NCBI GenBank assembly: GCA_965279375.1
Contig: OZ257156.1
Location: 32,001-96,000 of the forward strand
DNA from: Gemmatimonas sp.
GTDB taxonomy: Bacteria; Gemmatimonadota; Gemmatimonadetes; Gemmatimonadales; Gemmatimonadaceae
Direction: 5' to 3'
Length of the DNA stretch: 64,000 nt
Shown here: in pieces, positions 58,027-64,000 of the stretch
How the letters are laid out: each line of letters begins with the position of its first letter
Numbering within the stretch: the first letter of the stretch is position 1
Position numbers and translations under genes: made by a program
Notes under the pieces: model-generated
What the model was told of the DNA's origin: nothing
The model's database searches: none
The model's input: only the letters and a program-made list of their open reading frames with translations

Positions 58027-58472
58027 CAGCAGGGCGCCATCGCGCGCGCGCGCGCGAGCTCGAGCGCGAGAGCGCGTTCCGTGTCGAGCGACGGGACACC
58101 GGTGAAGCAGGAACGCACGCAGGCGATCAGGTTGCGATGCACCGTGTTGGCCGGCTCCGCCAGGCGATAGTGCGCGAACTTCCAGTCGCGCGTGACCTCG
58201 ACGAGTCCAGCACGACGCAGATAGGCGAGGTGCCTTGAGACCACCGGCTGCGCGAGCCCCAGCAGCTCCACCAGGTCGCACACGCACAGCTCCCCCGCGG
58301 CGAGCGCATTCAGCACGCGCAGGCGAGTCGGATCGGCGAATCCCCGAAACAACGCATCCAGATCCGCCACCTCGGGCGGACTGCATGTCGTGCGCGATGC
58401 CGCGCCGAGTGTGTCATCCGCGACAGTGCAGGACATGCCGGCAGCTCCGGAACCCGTTGGAGAATCCATCAT
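58026..58472 (-). CDS. arsR: ArsR/SmtB metalloregulator
   Basis: FADPTRLRVL, ELCVCDL, VSRHLAYLRRAGLV; start uncertain (58472, 58469 or 58436). Confidence 0.92.
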   Translation of the reverse strand: MMDSPTGSGAAGMSCTVADDTLGAASRTTCSPPEVADLDALFRGFADPTRLRVLNALAAGELCVCDLVELLGLAQPVVSRHLAYLRRAGLVEVTRDWKFAHYRLAEPANTVHRNLIACVRSCFTGVPSLDTERALALELARARAMAPC

Positions 58473-58491
58473 ATATGCCTAGCCGCATATA
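58472..58491. promoter_or_regulatory. Putative ArsR operator
   Basis: Perfect inverted repeat TATATGC-N6-GCATATA abutting the arsR start. Confidence 0.7.
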
Positions 58492-58631
58492 AACTGCGCG
58501 ACGATGGCGTCGTGCGCAAGCGATCGCCCGAAACCGTGCCAGCATTCACACCGTCGTGGGTCGAGCTACCTTCTCCCCGTCCGCGCCCGCGATGGGCGCC
58601 TGCCGTGTACCCACCTCTGGCCCGTCCCCAG

Positions 58632-60044
58632 ATGCCTCCCTCACGATCGACCTCCGCATCACGTCGCGCTGGCCGCACGCGGCTTGCCACGGTCCTCGGC
58701 CTAACCTTCGCTGGCATCGGCGCGGTGGTGCTGACTCGTCAGCCGGCCACGCTAGGCGCGCAGGACGCGGCGCCGACGTTTGCAAAAGACGTCGCGCCGA
58801 TCATCTATCAGAACTGTGCGAGCTGTCATCGCCCCGACGGGCTGGGCCCCTTCTCGCTGATGGACTACGACAGCGTGAAGGAGAACGCGAGCGATATCAA
58901 GAAAGCGGTGAAGTCGGGATACATGCCGCCGTGGCACGCCGAAGGACCGCACGGAACGTTCCGCAACGACCGCCGCCTTTCCGATCTGGACAAGCAGACG
59001 ATTCTGCGCTGGATCGATGCAGGCGCCAAGCCGGGCAACTTGAAGGAGCTCCCCGCCAAGCCGGTTTTCCCGACCGGCTGGGGCATGGGCACACCCGACG
59101 CGATCGTGTCGATGCCCGAGGACTACGTCGTGCCAGCCAAGGGCACGGTCGAATATCAGTACTTCGAAATCCCGACCAACTTCACCGAAGACAAGTGGGT
59201 GCAGGCGATCGAGATTCTTCCAGGCGCGCGCGAAGTCGTGCATCACGTATTGGTGTACGCAAAGGTGCCGCCGGCTCCACGCCCTGCGGTTGCACCCGGT
59301 GGCGCGCCGGCCGCAGCCGCTGGAGCAGCACCCGCCGCGCCGCCACGCCCACTCTTCGTACGCAAGCCACAGTACGACAACCCGCCTGACCCGCCGCGCC
59401 AGGACATGCTGCATCCGCCGCCGCGCCAGTTGGGTGCGCTGATCGGCAGCACGGCTCCGGGTACCAACCTGACGGAGTTCCCTGCGGGCACGGCGCTGCG
59501 GCTGCGCGCCGGCACCATCCTGACGTTCCAGATGCACTACACCGTGCACGGACACGAGGAAAAGGACCGCACGCGTGTCGGCTTCAAGTTCGCCACCGCG
59601 ATGCCCGACGAAGAAATCCGCGCGGCCGCGTACATCAATGGCGCGTTCACGCTGCCGGCTGGCCAGAAGGACGTGGCAGTGACGGCCGATCTGGAGCCGA
59701 CCGAGACCGTGAAGATCTGGGGCTTGCTGCCGCACACACATCTGCGCGGTACGCGCTGGCGCTACACGCTCGAGAAGCCGGACGGCACGAAGGAAGTGGT
59801 GCTCGATGTACCGCGCTACGACTTCAACTGGCAGACCTACTATTTCTTCGCCAAGCCGCTCGAGATTCCGGCCGGTGCGAAACTCGTCTCCACGGCGTGG
59901 TACGACAACTCGGCGAGCAACAAGAGCAACCCCGACGCGACGAAAGACGTGAAGTGGGGTGATCAGACGTGGGAAGAAATGCAGTACACCGGCTATCTCT
60001 ACAGCGTCCCGAGTCGGCGCCTTCGTCCAGCAGGAGACAAGTAG
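58632..60044 (+). CDS. Exported heme-c plus copper type II monooxygenase-like protein
   Basis: PTFAKDVAPI...CASCH, MPPW; VVHHVL, QMHY, PHTHLRG, YDFNWQ..Y, WEEM. Confidence 0.8.
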   Translation: MPPSRSTSASRRAGRTRLATVLGLTFAGIGAVVLTRQPATLGAQDAAPTFAKDVAPIIYQNCASCHRPDGLGPFSLMDYDSVKENASDIKKAVKSGYMPPWHAEGPHGTFRNDRRLSDLDKQTILRWIDAGAKPGNLKELPAKPVFPTGWGMGTPDAIVSMPEDYVVPAKGTVEYQYFEIPTNFTEDKWVQAIEILPGAREVVHHVLVYAKVPPAPRPAVAPGGAPAAAAGAAPAAPPRPLFVRKPQYDNPPDPPRQDMLHPPPRQLGALIGSTAPGTNLTEFPAGTALRLRAGTILTFQMHYTVHGHEEKDRTRVGFKFATAMPDEEIRAAAYINGAFTLPAGQKDVAVTADLEPTETVKIWGLLPHTHLRGTRWRYTLEKPDGTKEVVLDVPRYDFNWQTYYFFAKPLEIPAGAKLVSTAWYDNSASNKSNPDATKDVKWGDQTWEEMQYTGYLYSVPSRRLRPAGDK

Positions 60045-60505
60045 TGCTCGACAAGTTGCGTCGCCTCATCGGCGACTCTGTGCAGGGCACGCCGGGTGCG
60101 CACTCGCGTACGCACCCGGCGGATGTACGTGTGGCTGCGTGTGCGATCCTGCTCGAGCTGGCCAATGTCGATGGCGAGTTCAGCGACATCGAGCGACAGC
60201 GCATTCTCGACATCCTGCAGCGCCACTTCGGCGTCGACGCGGAAGGCGCCGAGTCGCTGATGGCCGAGGCGGCGAGCGCGAGCAAGGATGCGGTGGACGA
60301 TTTCGTGTTTACGCGACAGGTGGTGCGTGACTACGATCTCGCGCAGCGCATGGTCTTGGCAGAACTCATGTGGCAGGTCGTGCTCGCGGACGGCACGATC
60401 GACGGTCAGGAGTCGTATCTGATGCGCAAGCTGGCCAACCTCCTGCAGCTCGAGCCGGCGTTTCTCTCCGAGGCGCGCAAGCGCAGTCAGGAAAGCGCTG
60501 GTTAA
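60044..60505 (+). CDS. TerB-like domain protein
   Basis: AACAILLELANVDGEFS..E, WQVVLADG.ID.QE.YLMRKLANLL; GTG shares one base with the upstream TAG. Confidence 0.85.
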   Translation: MLDKLRRLIGDSVQGTPGAHSRTHPADVRVAACAILLELANVDGEFSDIERQRILDILQRHFGVDAEGAESLMAEAASASKDAVDDFVFTRQVVRDYDLAQRMVLAELMWQVVLADGTIDGQESYLMRKLANLLQLEPAFLSEARKRSQESAG

Positions 60506-60523
60506 CCGGCGCTCAGTCGGATG

Positions 60524-62065
60524 TCATTCGCGCCGAAGCACGCGACCGGGATGTAACCCGGTCGCGTTGCCGTTTTCCCACACGCGCTGACCATTCACCC
60601 ACACGCCGCTGATGCCCGTCGCCACCACATGCGGTGTCTTGGGCGTGGCGTTGTCGAGAACGGTGGCCGGGTCAAACAGCACCAGATCGGCGTAGTTGCC
60701 CGGCGCGATGGTGCCGCGCCGCTTGAAGCCCATGTGCGCTGCCGACAGGCTGGTCATCTTGGCGATCGCTGCTTCAAGCGACATCAGCTTCTGCTCGCGC
60801 ACCATGCGGCCGAGCACACGCGGGAACGCGCCATAGCCGCGTGGATGTGCTCCGTTCATCGAGCCGTCCGAGCTGACATTGCTCTGCGGCCACTTCATCA
60901 GCGTGGCCACGTCGGCCTCGGACATGCCTGTCGCCACGACGCTCTCGGCGCTGCGGTCTTCGTCCGACGTCCCCTTCACGCGCGCCTTCCATGCGATTGA
61001 TTCGCGAATGAGGCCCATCAGCGTGCTCGCCGCATCTTCGTGTCGCATGACCGCGATTTCGGCGACGGTCTTCCCCTGATAGGTGGTGTCGGCGGCGAAC
61101 GTCCCGATCAGCAACCCCTCTGGCTTGGCGATCTCGCGCAGGATCTTCTCGGCTTCCGCGCGATTCTCGAAATCGCGCTTCGGGAAGAGCACCTGCAGCG
61201 TCGCCTGCCAGTAGGTGTACGGGTACACGTCGGCGGTGATGTCCACGCCCGACGCGCGCGCTCGATCGAGTACGTGCAGGAGGCTGTCGCCCTGCCCCCA
61301 GAGCGGAATCATGCCGAGCTTGGCGTGACTGATCTGTACGGGCAGCTTGGCTTCGCGTCCGATGGTGATGATTTCGTCGACCGCATCCCAGAACCAGCGA
61401 TCTTCGCTGCGCATGTGACTGATGTATCGTCCGCCCGCGGCCGCTGTGACCTTCGCCAGCGCCATCACTTCGGCGCGATCGGAGAAGATGCCGGGATCGT
61501 ATTCGAGCCCCGTGGAGAGGCCGAGCGCGCCCGCCGCGAGTTCGCGCTTGAGCAGCACGACCATCGAGTCCACTTCCTTCGGTGTGGCCACGCGCTTGAA
61601 ATCATCGCCGAGTACCGCGTCGCGCAGCGTGCCGTGTCCCACGTAGTACGCCACGTTTGCGGCCGGTGGCACTTTCGCGAACGAATCGATCGCTGCGGCG
61701 AGCGGCATCGGGTGACTGCCGTCCTGTCCCGCCACGATGGTGGTGATGCCCTGACTCACCACGGGCACTGCGTCGAGCGACGCACGCATGCCGGACGCAT
61801 GATGGCTGTGCGTGTCGATGAAGCCCGGTGCAAGCGTAAGCCCCTGTCCGTCGATGACCGAGTCGCCCGGGAGTGGCGTGACGTTGCCCACTGCGACGAT
61901 GCTGTCACCGAGGAATCGGACTGCGCCAGCGCGCGCCGGCGCACCGGTGCCATCCACGATGCTGACGTTGCGAATGACGGTACCGCCTTCGGACGACGAC
62001 GCACCGCGCGCACAGGCCGCGAGACAAAACGGGAGGATCGCCCAACGACGAGCGGTCAGGGACAT
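60524..62065 (-). CDS. N-acyl-D-amino-acid deacylase family amidohydrolase (lipoprotein)
   Basis: LAAC lipobox, PGFIDTHSH, GLSTGLEY.PG, SHMRSE, DVYPY, HPRGYGAFPRVL, ADLVLFDP. Confidence 0.9.
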   Translation of the reverse strand: MSLTARRWAILPFCLAACARGASSSEGGTVIRNVSIVDGTGAPARAGAVRFLGDSIVAVGNVTPLPGDSVIDGQGLTLAPGFIDTHSHHASGMRASLDAVPVVSQGITTIVAGQDGSHPMPLAAAIDSFAKVPPAANVAYYVGHGTLRDAVLGDDFKRVATPKEVDSMVVLLKRELAAGALGLSTGLEYDPGIFSDRAEVMALAKVTAAAGGRYISHMRSEDRWFWDAVDEIITIGREAKLPVQISHAKLGMIPLWGQGDSLLHVLDRARASGVDITADVYPYTYWQATLQVLFPKRDFENRAEAEKILREIAKPEGLLIGTFAADTTYQGKTVAEIAVMRHEDAASTLMGLIRESIAWKARVKGTSDEDRSAESVVATGMSEADVATLMKWPQSNVSSDGSMNGAHPRGYGAFPRVLGRMVREQKLMSLEAAIAKMTSLSAAHMGFKRRGTIAPGNYADLVLFDPATVLDNATPKTPHVVATGISGVWVNGQRVWENGNATGLHPGRVLRRE

Positions 62066-62249
62066 GTAGAAGCCGTACAGAAGGGGAGGTGAGATGAGCC
62101 AATCGTCCCAGAGGATGCCCCATCGGGTGCCTTGCCGCCAGAGTGTCGCGCACTACCTTCTTGCCCTTGGGCGCCTCGACTGGGGCTCAGCCCGGTTGAC
62201 GTGTTGAACTATGCGTTGATCTCCGAAATCCGCGACGAGGTGGAGCGAC

Positions 62250-62726
62250 ATGGGATTGCTAGACGGTGCGCTTGGTGATGCGCTTGGATCGGCGCTTGGT
62301 GAATCGAACGCAGCAGGTGGCTTGCAGGGCATGTTGGGCGGTGTGCTCGGCCAGCTTGGCGGTGCACAGGGTGGATCCAACGCGCTGCTGACGACGGCGA
62401 TGACGTTGCTGCAGCAGAGTGGCGGTCTCGAAGGGATCGTGGAGAAGTTCCGCGCGGGCGGTATGGGCAGCATGGTGGACTCGTGGGTGGGTACGGGAGC
62501 GAATGCGCCCATCACGGGATCGCAGCTGACACAGGTCCTCGGTGAATCCACGGTGACGGGACTCGCGAAGCAGCTGGGCACCGACCCGCAGCAGGCCAGC
62601 GGTTCGCTCGCGTCGATGCTGCCCGAGCTCGTGAACCAGCTGACGCCGAACGGGCAGATTCCCGCCAACAGCGGCGACCTGCTCACGCAGGGGCTCGCGC
62701 TGCTCAAGGGCCGCCTCGGCGCCTGA
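62250..62726 (+). CDS. YidB/DUF937 family protein
   Basis: GGLEGIVEKF...G.G..VDSWVGTG.N.PI, LPELVNQLTPNG. Confidence 0.9.
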   Translation: MGLLDGALGDALGSALGESNAAGGLQGMLGGVLGQLGGAQGGSNALLTTAMTLLQQSGGLEGIVEKFRAGGMGSMVDSWVGTGANAPITGSQLTQVLGESTVTGLAKQLGTDPQQASGSLASMLPELVNQLTPNGQIPANSGDLLTQGLALLKGRLGA

Positions 62727-62740
62727 CGCTGCACCGCTTG

Positions 62741-62783
62741 TGATGCGTCACGCGCGGGCTTCACGCGCTCGCGTGACGCATCA
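62741..62783 (+). terminator. Stem-loop downstream of the yidB-like gene
   Basis: TGATGCGTCACGCG...CGCGTGACGCATCA 14-bp perfect stem followed by a pyrimidine-rich tract. Confidence 0.55.
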
Positions 62784-62833
62784 GCTCGCTCTTCCTTCCG
62801 CACCTCCTCTCGCTCTTCACTTCGGAGTCGCCG

Positions 62834-63742
62834 GTGGCTGAACTCGGCAGCGCCAAGACCATCCTGCTCGCGGCACTCTGCGCCGTGGCCGTCGTGTACA
62901 CGATCCTGCTCGTCGTCGGCGTGCGTCGCCGTCTGCGTGAAGATCCGGCGCTACCGGCCAAGCCAACCCTCGGCGGACTGGCGACGGGCTTCGTGACGAA
63001 CTTCTTCGACACGCTGGGCATCGGGTCGTTCGCGCCGACCACATCGATCTTTCGCGCCACGAAGATGGTGCCAGACGTCGAGATTCCGGGCACGCTGAAT
63101 GTAGGCTACGTGCTGCCGACCATCGCGCAGGCGTTGATCTTCACGCAGGCGGTGCCGGTGGATGCCACCACGCTCATCGTTTTGATCGCCTCCGCGTCGC
63201 TGGGCGCGTGGTTGGGCGCAGGCGTCGTGGTCTCGTGGCCCAAGCGGCGGGTGCAGCTAGGCATGGGCTTCTGCCTGCTCGGCGCGGCCACGCTGATGTT
63301 GCTGGGCTTGTTCAACATCGCGCCGATGGGCGGCACCGCACTCGGCCTGACCGGTGGTGCGCTCGTGTTTGGCGCGCTCATGAACATGCTGCTTGGCGCG
63401 CTGATGACGCTGGGCATTGGCCTGTATGGACCGTGCCTCATTCTGATCAGCATGCTGGGCATGAACCCGACGACCGCATTCCCGATCATGATGGGTTCGT
63501 GCGCGTTTCTCATGCCGGTCGCCAGCGCGCGATTCATTCGCGAGAACGGCTTCAATGTGCGTGCGACGATCGGCGTGCTCATCGGCGCGGTGCCAGCGGT
63601 GTTGATCGCGGCGTACCTGGTGAAGTCGATGCCGCTGACGGTTGTGCGTTGGCTGGTCGTCGTGGTGGTGCTCTACACCGCGTACGGCTTGCTCAAGAGC
63701 GCCTTTTCGGAGAAGGCTGCCGGCGAGTTGGCGGCGGCGTAA
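62834..63742 (+). CDS. TauE/SafE family membrane permease
   Basis: NFFDTLGIGSFA, IPGTLNVG, GALMTLGIGLYGP, AFPIMMGSCAFLMP; multiple TM helices. Confidence 0.8.
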   Translation: MAELGSAKTILLAALCAVAVVYTILLVVGVRRRLREDPALPAKPTLGGLATGFVTNFFDTLGIGSFAPTTSIFRATKMVPDVEIPGTLNVGYVLPTIAQALIFTQAVPVDATTLIVLIASASLGAWLGAGVVVSWPKRRVQLGMGFCLLGAATLMLLGLFNIAPMGGTALGLTGGALVFGALMNMLLGALMTLGIGLYGPCLILISMLGMNPTTAFPIMMGSCAFLMPVASARFIRENGFNVRATIGVLIGAVPAVLIAAYLVKSMPLTVVRWLVVVVVLYTAYGLLKSAFSEKAAGELAAA

Positions 63743-63743
63743 A

Positions 63744-64000
63744 TCAGCGAGGCGATCCGACGACGCGTTTCAGGAAACGTCGGGTCGCCTCCCAGGCGCG
63801 TGCATTGCCCTCCGCAGTGGCGCGCGCTGTTGCGGTGTCGAGCGGCGCGTAGCGAGGCCACGCAATCGTGCCGTCACCGCAGATGCCGTGTGCAGCCGCC
63901 GGATAGGTCTCGAGTGTGACCTGTGCCCCTCGCCCGGCCGAAGACATCGTCGACTTGATTTGTCTCGCCATGGGACCCGAGGCCCAGACATCATCGGCGT
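63744..64000 (-). CDS. C-terminal part of an alpha/beta hydrolase (BAAT/acyl-CoA thioesterase C-terminal-like); 5' end beyond the window
   Basis: Frame reads ADDVWASGPMARQI...YPAAAHGI...GNARAWEATRRFL (catalytic Asp and His pattern). Confidence 0.6.
   Translation of the reverse strand, partial: ADDVWASGPMARQIKSTMSSAGRGAQVTLETYPAAAHGICGDGTIAWPRYAPLDTATARATAEGNARAWEATRRFLKRVVGSPR

Noticed and set aside
60044..60505. Tellurite resistance operon linked to the ars genes
   Set aside because: A single TerB-like gene with no other ter genes, transcribed away from the ars operon.
1..64000. tRNA, rRNA or riboswitch genes
   Set aside because: None recognised by eye in the short intergenic spaces; a covariance-model scan would be needed to exclude small RNAs.

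Overview
GC-rich bacterial chromosomal segment. Gene content suggests Gemmatimonadota (SusC/SusD pair, barrel-less plug protein, ECF sigma/Ser-Thr kinase pair, PEP-CTERM protein); this is inference, not a search result. About 64 protein-coding genes can be supported. I saw no rRNA, tRNA, CRISPR array, integrase or transposase. Known modules: proline dehydrogenase, fadI-fadJ divergent from glpD, a compact cbb3-type oxidase operon, greA, LOG, MazG, QueG, a LytS/LytTR pair, SusC-SusD-phosphatase, ECF sigma plus kinase, a regulated uppS operon, a sigma-54 activator with aldehyde dehydrogenase, and arsR-acr3-metallophosphoesterase. The best candidate for an undescribed system is the 45.8-54.4 kb island of 12 mostly unannotatable genes. 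It holds six very acidic proteins without signal peptides, an M48-type peptidase whose HExxH motif reads RExxH and which carries four Zn ribbons, and SHOCT, GYF_2 and PDZ membrane or secreted proteins. Also notable: a TIR-TM-ricin-lectin receptor-like protein, a heme-c-fused copper monooxygenase-like protein, and several operators read directly from the DNA. Many start codons were moved downstream of the supplied ORF track by eye. All family assignments rest on motif recognition, not database searches.
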